Notes under the pieces: model-generated
Databases searched by the model: none
Seen by the model: the letters and a program-made list of their open reading frames with translations, nothing else
Told to the model about the DNA's origin: nothing
Part shown: in pieces, positions 1 through 10,359 of the stretch
How the letters are laid out: every line of letters begins with the position of its first letter
How positions within the stretch are numbered: the first letter of the stretch is position 1
NCBI RefSeq assembly: GCF_004010195.1
Contig: NC_057750.1
Coordinates: forward strand, 12,543,837-12,582,188
DNA: 38,352 bases
From: Chiloscyllium plagiosum
Taxonomy: Eukaryota
Reading direction: 5' to 3'
Program-made: the position numbers and the translations under genes

Positions 1-1
1 G

Positions 2-412
2 TTTGGGAAGGCCCAGCAAACGAATATTTTTTCGACGACCTCGATTATCGAGGTCGTCAATATGATTTTCCAAGGTCCGGACTCGCTGCTCGAGAGTCCG
101 GACCTGATCCACGGCCGATTGAGCGGTTGTCTCGGAGGTTGCGGCCTTTAGCTCCGCCCCTCCGACTCGGCATTGAATTTCTTGAATTTCACGGTCGTGC
201 TTCTGCAGCGCGGCCGAGAGCGACTCCCAACAATTTCTGGATTCGACGATAAAGGCATCGATCTTCGAGTCAAGCTTGGAAAGCATTTCTGCAAGACTTG
301 TCACTGTTGGTAAGTCCCCCGGGGCGGCTGTGGACGCCTCTGCTGCAGCTGGAGAGTGTGGGGGAGGGGTTCCTGCTTGCTGAGAGCCTCGGGCTCCTTT
401 CCCTTTAGTCAT
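2..412 (-). CDS. L1 ORF1p N-terminal part (coiled coil into RRM), partial
   Basis: 137 open codons, MTKGKGARGSQQ...RTLENHIDDLDNRGRRKNIRLLGLPK. The last segment is the L1 ORF1p LE/DNRxRRxNIRxxGLP signature. Confidence 0.85.
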   Translation of the reverse strand, partial: MTKGKGARGSQQAGTPPPHSPAAAEASTAAPGDLPTVTSLAEMLSKLDSKIDAFIVESRNCWESLSAALQKHDREIQEIQCRVGGAELKAATSETTAQSAVDQVRTLEQRVRTLENHIDDLDNRGRRKNIRLLGLPK

Positions 413-564
413 TTTAACTTAGGATTAAGTTGCTTAAATGTAATATTACACAACTAATTGAGTTACTAAACTATTATAAATGATTTGGTGAGCTTGGTAG
501 GGGGTAGGTGACCCACTGTGCCCAAGTCTTGGGAGGAGCACTATAGACTCAGTCTTACTGGGTC

Positions 565-576
565 GCCGCCATCTTG
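565..576 (-). promoter_or_regulatory. YY1 consensus site at the L1 5' terminus
   Basis: CAAGATGGCGGC about 12 nt from the element start, the same position as the YY1 site of the mammalian L1 internal promoter. Confidence 0.6.
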
Positions 577-705
577 GATCCCCGGAACAATTTAATCTTA
601 ATATAAATTGGACACTAGACCAATCAATTTGTCATTAATAAAGTGAAAGGTGAGTTTGTATAAAGCTTCCATGACATTTTCTTGGAGCAATATTCTATGA
701 ACTGA

Positions 706-1616
706 ATTTATGCTACTGACACACCAAACCTCCTGAACCTATATGCAGTAGGAACGATAGGACCCCTCACTGTACCATGCCCCAACAGGAGACATGTTCG
801 GAGAAGGGTAGTGACCTGCTCCATCAGCTGGGGAAGCTGCGCTAATTGGCAGATCCCCACCATGCTGGGATCATCATTGGGGTACAGATTGTTGGGATCT
901 CTGTCTTTGGGGGATGTCCTCAGTGATAAAAACTGAAACTACATTTTGTGTGGATTGATACTCTTCGGAAACAGGGAGACAGTGAGGTCTGCAGATGCTG
1001 GAGATCAGAGTTGAGAGTATGTTGTTGAAAAAGCACAGCAGGTCAGGCAGCAACCGAGGAGCAGGAAAATTGATGTTTTGGGCCAGAACCCTTCATCATT
1101 CGAAATGTCGATTTTCCTGCTCCTCGGATGCTGCCTGACCTGCTGTGCTTTTCCAGCAACACACTCTCAAAGGCTCTACAAGCAATTACTGGTGAATTGG
1201 CTGAACTCAGATTTTACGCACAGCAGATGGGTTATGCGGTGCATTATCAGTAAGCCCAGCAAGGGGGAGTATGTACAATCATTGGTGACAAGTGTGTAAT
1301 CCATGTCATTGACAAATCTTATAACATTACACAGATGATCAACAAAATTCAGGACCAGCTAGATGACTTCAGACAAGGAGCCACAGGAGGAGATATCTGT
1401 CTAGAATGGCTGATAGGCAATTCCTGGGGACTCTGTTTGGCACATAGGTTTGTTCTCCTTATTTCACTCATACTGGTATTCTGCCTAGGCCTCAGGTGTT
1501 TAAAGCTTTGCTGTAAGGTGCTACTGACGTGGGCTATGCCAGGAGCAAGTGTTACCACAGAAGAGCTCCCAACGAAACTCGCACTCCTTGACACCCCTCA
1601 GGATGGGAGACCTTAG
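706..1616 (+). pseudogene. Endogenous retrovirus env remnant (end of SU plus TM), gamma-type
   Basis: Basic cleavage-like RRHVRRR near 787-807. Heptad and ISD-like KALQAITGELAELRFYAQQMGYAVHYQ*AQQGGVCTIIGDKC from 1170, then hydrophobic anchor FVLLISLILVFCLGL. Two in-frame stops and one insertion. Confidence 0.8.
975..1169. mobile_element. Penelope-terminus-derived hairpin insertion in env (degenerate)
   Basis: Imperfect inverted repeat of GCACAGCAGGTCAGGCAGCA..GAGGAGCAGGAAAAT. Same family as the copies at 6747, 19601, 32642 and 38069. Confidence 0.75.
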
Positions 1617-1695
1617 AAAAGGCCTACCTCTGTATGTGAATTGGGTGGTCTGCGGGAGATCTCCGAAGTTGACTCCTTGACCACAAAGGGGGGAG

Positions 1696-2332
1696 TGAAG
1701 TGGGAATTCACACAGAGCATGCTGACAAGGGGCACACAGACACAAAATGGCTGCTGACCCATAAATTGGTAACTTAGCACACAAGATGACAGCTGAGCCA
1801 TTACATGGAAAAATGCAGCAAAGCATACACATATACTGCCTGAGCCTAACAGAATACCAGCACAATAGACACAGAGCATAAATGATTAGTTTAAGGTGGG
1901 TGGAGGAGAGAATATACATCAGTAACGTCTACTGCCCGCTGAAGTGTCTGAGTCCAGCAACCACTTTCAAAAGAAATGTTAACTACCTGACACTGCTTGT
2001 ATACAAGTGTTAATACTTCTGATCTGCAGTAATGGAAAACAATCTTCCTTCTCAGGAAGAATGATCACGACCACTGAAACTGACTATGATTTTGTAATGT
2101 TTTCTGTAAACAAACCAATGGTGTACAAACAAAGACTCGATAATTGAACTATTGTACCACAAAATGTATAAAATATCATGACACGTGCTCCGAGAGGAGG
2201 CTCACAGCTGACAACCTTGCTGACGAACATCTCTCTCTTCCCAAGGTCCAGTTTCTTTGTACAATAAACTTTGTTGTGAAATCCAGATTCTGACTCCGAG
2301 ACCGGTGATGTTGCTAAACAAAAAAACCTTGA
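1696..2332 (+). mobile_element. ERV 3' LTR
   Basis: Polypurine tract AAAGGGGGGAG (1685-1695) directly before TGAAG. CCAAT at 2115, TATAAAA at 2167, AATAAA at 2263. Ends CTTGA, close to the expected CTTCA. Confidence 0.72.
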
Positions 2333-3020
2333 AATGCAGGTTCATAGCTCCTTGAAAGTAGAGTTGCAGGTAGATAGGATAGTGAAGAAGGCATTTGGTA
2401 TGCTTTCCTTTATTGGTCAGAGTATTGAGTATAGGAGTTGGGAGGTCATGTTGTGACTGTACAGGACGTTGGTTGGGCCAGTTTTGGAATATTACATGCA
2501 ATTCTGGTCTCCTTCCTGTCAGAAGAATGTTGTGAATCTTGAAAGGGTTCAGAAAAGGTTTACGTGGATATTGCCAAGATTCGAGGATTTGAGCTATAGG
2601 GAGAGGTTGAATAGCTGGGACTGTTTTGTCTCAAACTTCGGAGGCTGAGAGTTGACTTTGTAATTTATAAAATCATGAAGAGTGTCAATAGGGTAAATAG
2701 ACAAGGTCTTTTCCCTGGGGTGGGGGAGTCCAGAACTAGAGGGTATGGGTTTAGGGTGAGAGGGGAAAGATATAAAAGAGACCTGAGGGGCAACTTTTTC
2801 ACGCATAGGGTGTCTGTGTGTGAAATGAGCTGCTAGAGGAAGTGGTGGAGACTGGTACAGTTTCAACATTTAAGAAACATTGGATGGATATACAAATAGG
2901 GCTTGGAGGGATATGGGCTGGGTGCTGGCATGTCAGACTAGATTGGGTTGGGATATCTGGTTGGCATGGACGAGTTGGACTGAAGGGTCTGTTTCCATGC
3001 CATACATCTCTGAGTCTGAG
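2333..3020 (+). mobile_element. CR1/HER1-type LINE 3' fragment
   Basis: Degenerate RT C-terminal coding sequence plus the 3' tail GAAGGGTCTGTTTCC, which is shared with HE1 SINE tails. Confidence 0.82.
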
Positions 3021-3244
3021 TGCAGAATTAATTAAGTCCACATGTACAGTGAACTAACCAGGGGCTGCTTACCATATATCTAACAAGAAATAGCAATGAA
3101 AGAAAGTCCAAATTCAGCTTTACTATCCATTCTGACATTTCCTACAGATTGTTGGGCACACATGTGAGACACACCCTATGTTTCAAGAATTCCTTGAGGA
3201 TGGCATTTGACCAAGGTGTCAAACAAGACATCAATTACAATATA

Positions 3245-4595
3245 ATAGAGCCATAGAGATGTACAGTGTGGAAACAGACCTTTTGGTCCAACTTGTCCTT
3301 GCTGATCAGATGTCCTAAATTAATCTCGTATCATTTGCCTGCATTTGGCCCATATCCCTCTCAAACCTCCCTATTCTCTTACCCATCCAGGTGCCTTTTA
3401 AGTGTTGTAATTGTACCAGCCTCCACCACTTCCTCTGGCAGCTTATTCCATACATGCACCATGCTCTGAATGAAAAAGTTGTCCCTTTGGTTCCTTTTAA
3501 ATCTTTCCCCTCACACCTTAAACCTATACCCTTTAATTTTGAACTCCCCATGCCTGGAGAAAAGACCTTGGTTATTCACCCTCTCCATGACCCTCATCAT
3601 TTTATAAACTTCTATCGCGTCACTCCAAGCCTCTGTTGCTCCAGGGAACGTAGCCCCAGCCTATTCAACCTCTGCCTATACTCAAACCCTCCAATCATGG
3701 CAACATCCTCGTAAATCTTTTCTGAATCCTCTCAGGTTTCACAACATCCTTCATATAGCAGGGAGCCAGAATGGAATGCAACATTTCAAAAGCAGCCTGA
3801 CCAGTGTCCTGTACAGCTGCAAATGACCTCCCAACTCCATTACTCAATGCACTGACCAATAAAAGTAAACATACCAAATGCCTTCTTCACTATCGTGACT
3901 ATATGTGACTCCACTTTCAAGGAATTATGAGCCTGCACTCCAAGATGTCTTTGTTCAGCAAGGACCTTAAAAGTCCTATCCTCTTTTGCCTTTCCAAAAT
4001 GCAGCAAGTCACATTTATCTGAATTAAATTCCATCTGCTAGTCCTCAGTCCATCTATTCAAGGTCCTTTTATACTCTGAGGTAACCTTCTTTGCTGTCCA
4101 CTACACCACCAATTTTGGTGTCATCTGCAAATGTATTAATCCATGCTTCCTATGCTCATATTCAAATAATTTATATAAATAACAAAAAGCAGTGGACCCA
4201 GTACCAATCCAGTGGCTCACTACTGGTACAGGCCTCCAGTCTGAAAAAGAATCCACCACCATCCTCTGTCTCCTACCTTCGAGACAGTTCTGTACCCAAT
4301 TGGCTAGTTCTCCCTATAATTCCATGTGACTTCACCTTATTAACCAGTCTACCATGCGGAACGTGTGGAACATCCTGCTGAAGTCCATATAGTTCACCTC
4401 CACCATTCTACCTGCATCGATCCTCTTCATTACTTCTTCAAAAAACCAGTTCAAGTTAGTGAGACATGATTCCCATGCTCAAAGCCATGTAGACAATCCC
4501 TTGCCAGTCCCTCAGGATCCTCTCCAACAACCTGCCCACCACTGATGTTAGGCTCACCAACCTATTGTTCCCTGGCTTTTCCTTACCATCTTTCT
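3245..4595 (-). mobile_element. CR1/HER1-type LINE, 3' part (resumes at 7664)
   Basis: Minus-strand peptide MEFNSDKCDLLHFGK...HLGVQAHNSLKVESH. 3' tail near 3250. Confidence 0.85.
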
Positions 4596-4766
4596 CTTTT
4601 TTGTAAGTATTTATATTAAAAAAAAATGTTTTTATGTTTTTTTACAAAATTACAAAACTAGTACAAAATAGTGTAACCACTTTACAATATAATAGCAACA
4701 ACAATATAAATAAAGAAAACTCTTTTACTCTACAAGCTACCAAAACACAAAAGAGGATATAAAAAA

Positions 4767-4769
<3 letters not shown>

Positions 4770-4814
<45 letters not shown>
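4770..4814. repeat. (CT)n(AT)n compound microsatellite in the L1 3'UTR
   Basis: Read directly from the sequence. Confidence 0.95.
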
Positions 4815-6746
4815 ATAAAAGAGAAACTATAGTACGGTAAATAACTAACAGAAAAGAATAGATAAATAAATAAGCAAACATTCAAAATTGAATTATGCTA
4901 AGTCAAAACAAGATAGCTTAATTTACATTCAATAAAGTTACAACACTCAATGCACTCTCATTGCAGCTCCCCATTAGTGGGAACAATAGTGAGTAGACCC
5001 ATATTTATATGGGGGATTCTTCCTCCCAGGGGTCCCCAAATTGACAGACATCATCCTCGCAGCCAGACAAAGGCCCTAGATAATATGGCCGATACACCTA
5101 AATCAAGAAAACTCAATAGTGCTGTCATGTTCTATAAAACAATTCTGTTTTCTGGTGCACCGTATTCATAAGGAAGTCCAGGGAAAATGTTCCATAACTA
5201 TCCTATGCCAGTTCGAGAGTCCTGGGGGACTTAGCGATATCCAGCTCGCTAAAATGTTTTTCCTTGCACAAAAAAGAGAGGATAGTAAACAGTTTCTTCC
5301 CATGAACATCTAGAGAGGGAAAATTTGGAAACCCCAAAAGGAGAGACACCGGATCCAACCCAATCTCAATTCCCAAGATCTTTGCCAAGGCATTTGCTAC
5401 GTTGTCCCAGTAGCTGTGGATCTTGTGGCATGTCCACAAACAATGAGTGAGAGTACCAACTTTTATTTAGCACTTAGGTGTGTCTCCAATGTGCCCTATC
5501 TTAAACTTTGCAAACCATTCTGGCGCCATGTGGGCCCTATGAAGTATATTCAATTGAATAGCTTGAGTCCTATTACAAATTGAGATCTTCCTAGCATTTT
5601 CCCAGATGTCCTTCCACATATCTGAGGAGATTTCCACCCTTAATTCTTGAGTCCAGGTTTTATATAGTCGTTCCATGTCCTTCGACACATTATTACCTAG
5701 CAAGTGATAGAGAGTACTGACCGAGGGGGCACCCACTGACCGAAGTACTTTCCTCTCCTTATCCAATTTATAAGGATTGGCCATCAATGTCTTTTTTTGT
5801 AAAAACTCTCGTACTTGAAAAAATCGGAAGAGGACCTTGCTAGGTAGCCCGAACCTCTGACGTAACTGTTCGAAGGATATCATGACCACCCCATCAAATA
5901 GGTCTCCCAAGCAGGAGACTCCTCTGGAATCCCAAGGTTTAAAACCAGCATCTATCAAGCCTGGCTGAAATCCCAACATACCCAATATAAGAGTGAGGGG
6001 AAGGTTTTTTGTAAATTACCCTCACACTGTCGCATCATTCTCCAAGTTTTGACTGTGTTTAGGACAATCGCCTTTTACAATGATCCATGACAGTTCTCAT
6101 CTTGTCCATAAACAACAGGTTGATGAGGGGGCATTTTGCCCGGGAAGCCTCGATGTCCAATCAAATTGATTGTGGATCACAAGAGACCCAGTCAGCCATA
6201 TATGATAGCAAGGAGCTCAGTTGGTACTTCCTAAAGTCCAGGAAATCTAGACACCCCCCCACCCCCTCCAACCACCTTTCTTGTCAGAGCTGCAGTTGAT
6301 CTAATTTGATAAGGGGCTGTCTATGTTGCCAAATAAAGGATCCAAGCCAGGCGTAAAGTCTACGCAGCGCTTGCCTCGGCAATATCAAAGGAAGCATTCT
6401 CATGTGGTATAATAGGCGAGGGAGAACATTAATCTTGACCAGAGCTATTCTTCTCAACCAGGATATCAGAAGATCTTCCCAGCACCGAAGTTCCTGCCTT
6501 ATTTTCTCTAATAACTGCACATAATTAGCTTTATATAGCTGATCGAAAGCCAGGGTAGTAAAGATACCTAGTACAGAAAACCTCCCTATGACCACCGAAA
6601 CGTTGGATATGCTGGTAAGATGTCCCACAGCATGGCTTCTGATTTCATGAAATTAATTTTGTACCCTGAAAACACACCAAATAATTTAGCCACTTGTATT
6701 AAGCGGGACACAGATGTCAATGGATCAGTTAAGAAAAGAAGGATGT

Positions 6747-6960
6747 AAAAACAATGACTGCAGATGCTGGAAACCAGATTCTGGATCAGTGGTGCTGGAA
6801 GAGCACAGCAATTCAGGCAGCATCCGAGGACAGGCAAAATCGACGTTTCGGGCAAAAGCCATTCAATTCCTGATGAAGGGCTTTTGCCCGAAACGTCGAT
6901 TTTGCCTGTCCTCGGATGCTGCCTGAATTGCTGTGCTCTTCCAGCACCACTGATCCAGAA
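6747..6960 (+). mobile_element. Penelope-derived hairpin element with minimal hammerhead motif
   Basis: 83-bp perfect inverted arms (6778-6860 and 6879-6961). 17-bp TSD TAAGAAAAGAAGGATGT at 6730-6746 and 6961-6977. Confidence 0.88.
6866..6901 (+). ncRNA. Minimal type I hammerhead ribozyme motif
   Basis: CTGATGA-A-GGGC-TTTT-GCCC-GAAA-CG-TC. Full catalytic core with a palindromic stub for stem III; stem I is weak. Confidence 0.68.
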
Positions 6961-7663
6961 TAAGAAAAGAAGGATGTCATCTGCATAAAGAGTAATTTTA
7001 TGCTTGCCTGATCCTACCTCCGGGGCCATTATGCTGAGGTCCATCCGAATGGCTTCTGCCAGTGGTTCAATCACTAGTATAAATGATAGTGGTGAAAGAA
7101 GGCACCCTTGGCAACAACCTCTGCCAATACTAAAACTATCTGATCTTATACCAGTAGTATGTACCGCTGCTTTCAGGTCACGATTTAGTACTGCAACCCA
7201 TTTGGTAAATACCTTTCCAACGCCAAACCATTCTATGATATAAAAAAAGGTACGGCCATTCCACCCAATCAAATGCTTTCTCTGCATCTAGGGAAATGAC
7301 CAAGCCTCGTATTGCTCTTTGCTGGCATGCTTGCACCATGTTTAGTACTCTTCTAATATTATTAGTAGACCTACGAGCCTTAATAAACTTCGTCTGGTCC
7401 TCTTTTATGATAAATGGCAATTCTCTCTCCAGTCTTAATGCCAGCATTTTCGACAGGATTTTAAAATCCACATTCAATAAGGATATAGGCCTGTACAAAG
7501 TACAGTCTTCTGGGGTTTTCCCTTTCTTGAGAATGAGACAGATTTTTGCTTCTCTCAAAGAGGATGGGAGAATACCCTGACTGAATAAGCGGTCCAGCCA
7601 GGTCATCTATAAACTCCTTATAGAACTCAGTTTGGAATACATCTGGCCCAGGTGCTTTACTGC

Positions 7664-7785
7664 TCCTTACCATCTTTCTTAAATAGTGTCACCATGTTAG
7701 TCAACCTCCAGTCTCTGGCACCTCACTTGTGGCTATTGATGATACAAGTATCTCTGGAACGGGCCAGCAATCATTTCCTTAGTTG
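7664..7785 (-). mobile_element. Continuation of the CR1 interrupted by L1
   Basis: CR1-like sequence resumes after the TSD. Confidence 0.7.
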
Positions 7786-7809
7786 TTACTGCCAAGCTTG
7801 GAATCTTCA

Positions 7810-7975
7810 GAGACAATTAACAGTGATTTAACCTGTGAGTCACCATACCTCAAACAAGGATAATGTTGAGAAGGCAGGGCCTTCATGGTGACCTCCATTG
7901 GCACAGGAATTTAACCCACACTGTTGATATCATTCTGTTTTGAAAACTAACCATCCAGCCAATTGAGTTAATCTA
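7810..7975 (-). mobile_element. Old tRNA-derived SINE (related copy near 31210-31380)
   Basis: Minus strand shows an A-box-like TAACTCAATTGG and a B-box-like GGGTTAAATTCC. Confidence 0.5.
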
Positions 7976-8379
7976 TTCCCTCAGATTTGTATGTTATATC
8001 AGTAACTGTATTCCTGATCACTCACATTAGTCCCAATGAAGCATCATCTGATGCCCTGACGAGGCTTCACAAGAAAGCCAATGTCATGCCTCAATATGGA
8101 GTTCTGAGCAATATAACCGTATCAGTTGTACATTGCAGATCCAAAGTGCTGATGGTACATTAGGAATTGAAATTAAAGCAAATATCCACTGTAAAAGCAA
8201 CTTGGTAGAACATCATAGACTGTGTCCTGAATAATTACAGTTCAGTGTGCAAATGTAGTGGCTCCAAATTATTGTCTTCTAGTACCAACTACGAGAAGTG
8301 ATGCAGAAATGGCAAAGCCAGGTGATACTTTTAAGGGGTTTAGGGTGTAGGTTTGCTCACTGAACTGTAGGTTTGATAT

Positions 8380-8419
8380 CCAGACGTTTCATTACCTCGC
8401 TAGGTAACATCATCAGTGG
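8380..8419 (-). ncRNA. Minimal hammerhead ribozyme motif in the Penelope pLTR
   Basis: Minus strand reads CCA-CTGATGA-T-GTTACCT-AGCG-AGGTAAT-GAAA-CG-TC-TGG. Confidence 0.75.
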
Positions 8420-9240
8420 TGACCTCCAAGTGAAGCGAAGCTGTCGTCTCCTGCTTTCTATTTATATCTTTCTCCTGGATGGGGTTCCTGGGGTTTGTGG
8501 TGATGTCATTTCCTGTTCGTTTTCTGAGGGGTTGATAGATGGTATCCAGATCTATGTGTTTGTTTATAGCATTGTGGTTGAAGTACCAGGCCTCTAGGAA
8601 TTCTCTGGCATGTCTTTGCCTAGCCTGTCCCAGGATAGATGTGTTGTCCCAGTCGAAATGGTGTTTTTTTTCATCCGTGTGCAGGGCAATGAGGGAGAGA
8701 GGGTCATGTCTTTTTGTGGCTGGCTGGTGTTAATGTATCCTAATGTGGCTAACTTTCTTCCTGTTTGTCCTATGTAGTGTTTGTGGAAGTCCTTGCATGG
8801 AATTTTGTAGATGACGTTGGTTTTGTCCATGGGTTGTACTGGGTCTTTTAAGTTTGTTAGTTTTTGTTTGAGAGTGTTGGTGGGTTTGTGTGCTACCAGG
8901 ATTCCGAGGGGTCTCAGTAGTCTGGCTGTCATTTCTGAAACTTCTTTGATGTATGGTAAGGTGGTTAGGGTTTCTGGCTGTGTTTGGTCTGCTTGTCGTG
9001 GTTTGTTCTTGAGGAATCTGCACACTGTTTTTTGAGTATCCGTTCTTCTTGAATACGTCGTATAGGTGGTTCTCCTCTGTTTTGCATAGCTCGTCTGTGC
9101 TGCAGTGTGTGGTGGCTCGTTGGAATAGTGTTCTGATACAGCTTCGTTTGTGTGTGCTGGGATGGTTGCTGGTATAGTTGAGTATTTGGTCAGTGTTTGT
9201 TGGTTTTCTTAAATAGAAAGCAGGAGACAACAGCTTTGCT

Positions 9241-9280
9241 TCACTGATGATGTTACCTAGCGAGGTAATGAAACGTCTGG
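9241..9280 (+). ncRNA. Minimal hammerhead ribozyme motif in the inverted pLTR
   Basis: TCA-CTGATGA-T-GTTACCT-AGCG-AGGTAAT-GAAA-CG-TC-TGG. Confidence 0.72.
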
Positions 9281-9443
9281 ATATCAAATCTACAGCTCAG
9301 TGAACAAACCTACACCCTAAACCTCAACCTGAGCTACAAACCTTCACAAACCTTGTGATACTTTTAAGTTTGAGTCTGCATAGCATTGTGTATCTGACAT
9401 GATGGCGTCAATTGATGTAAAGAATGGAAGTTTATAATCATGT

Positions 9444-9776
9444 GGGTGGCACGGTGGCACAGTGGTTAGCACTGCTGCCTCACAGCGCCAGAGACCCGGG
9501 TTCAATTCCCGACTCAGGCGACTGACTGTGGAGTTTGCACATTCTCCCTGTGTCTGCGTGGGTTTCCTCTGGGTGCTCCGGTTTCCTCCCACAGTCACAA
9601 AGATGTGCGGGTCAGGTGAATTGGCCATGCTAAATTGCCCGTAGTGTTAGGTTAAAGGGGTAAATGTAGGGGTATGGGTGGGTTGCGCTTCGGCGGGTCG
9701 GTCTGGACTTGTTGGGCCAAAGGGCCTGTTTCCACACTGCAAGTAATCTAATCTAATCTAATCTAATCTAATCTAA
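9444..9776 (+). mobile_element. HE1-type SINE, full length
   Basis: A box TGGCACAGTGG, B box GGTTCAATTCC, central GTTTGCACATTCTCCC domain, (TAATC)n tail. Confidence 0.9.
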
Positions 9777-9984
9777 TGTAACATGATTTTGTGAGGCCAT
9801 ATTTTTATTGTTAATTATTACAAAAAAAGTTTCAATGAAATCCAGCTTCATTAGCAAATAAATGACAATACAGAACTGCACTGTAAGAAATCTTGAATTG
9901 ATCCATCAGCAACTCAGTCTAGTGAACCCCAATCCCAGACTTGAGCTTCCTACTTTCCCTGAGACTGTAAAGATTGCCTCATGA

Positions 9985-10359
9985 TAAGAATCACAGAATC
10001 CCTACAGTGTAGAAGCAGGCCATTCGACCCATCGAGTCCACACCAACCCTCTGAACAGCATCCCTCCCAAATCCTCACCCCTACCCTAACACTGTAACCA
10101 CGGGCAATCCATCTAGCATACATATTCCTAGACACTGCAGGCAATTTAGCATTTCTAATTCACCGAACCAGCACATCTTTGGCTTGTGGGAGGAAACCAG
10201 AGCACCCAGAGGAAACCCACGCAGACACAGGCAGAACACGCAAGCTCCACACAGACATGGGAAGTACATGCAAACTCCACAAAGAAGTTACTAGAATCAA
10301 ACCTGGGTCCCTAGCACAATGAGGCAGCCGTGCTAACCACTGATTTCATCGTGCCACCC
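9985..10359 (-). mobile_element. HE1-type SINE
   Basis: Reverse-complement similarity to 9444-9776. Confidence 0.85.

Larger units (their letters stand above)
1..587 (-). mobile_element. L1-clade LINE 5' end (5'UTR and start of ORF1), running off the left edge
   Basis: Begins about TTCCGGGGATCCAAGATGGCGGC on the minus strand. ATG at 412, followed by an open L1 ORF1-like frame. Confidence 0.88.
4596..7663 (-). mobile_element. 5'-truncated L1-clade LINE (ORF2 RT to 3'UTR), frameshifted
   Basis: KAPGPD, YRPISLLNVDFKILSK, SLDAEKAFD, QGCLLSP and LYADD motifs. 16-bp TSD TCCTTACCATCTTTCT at 4580-4595 and 7664-7679. Confidence 0.93.
8336..9354 (-). mobile_element. Penelope-like retroelement, 5'-truncated, with GIY-YIG endonuclease and inverted pseudo-LTR
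   Basis: NVIYKIPCKDFHKHYIGQTGR and RKPTNTDQILNYTSNHP motifs. Inverted termini at about 8337-8464 and 9210-9325. 14-bp TSD GTGATACTTTTAAG at 8322-8335 and 9355-9368. Confidence 0.92.

Noticed and set aside
588..655. AAG/GTGAGT donor-like site at 650
   Set aside because: No clear acceptor or CATSPERG-like peptide upstream; it abuts the L1 5' end.
6586..7287. 233-aa ORF, the longest in the track
   Set aside because: Chimera of L1 RT and read-through of the hairpin insertion, not a gene.
9444..9515. tRNA-like A and B boxes
   Set aside because: Head of an HE1 SINE that continues into SINE body and tail; not a tRNA gene.
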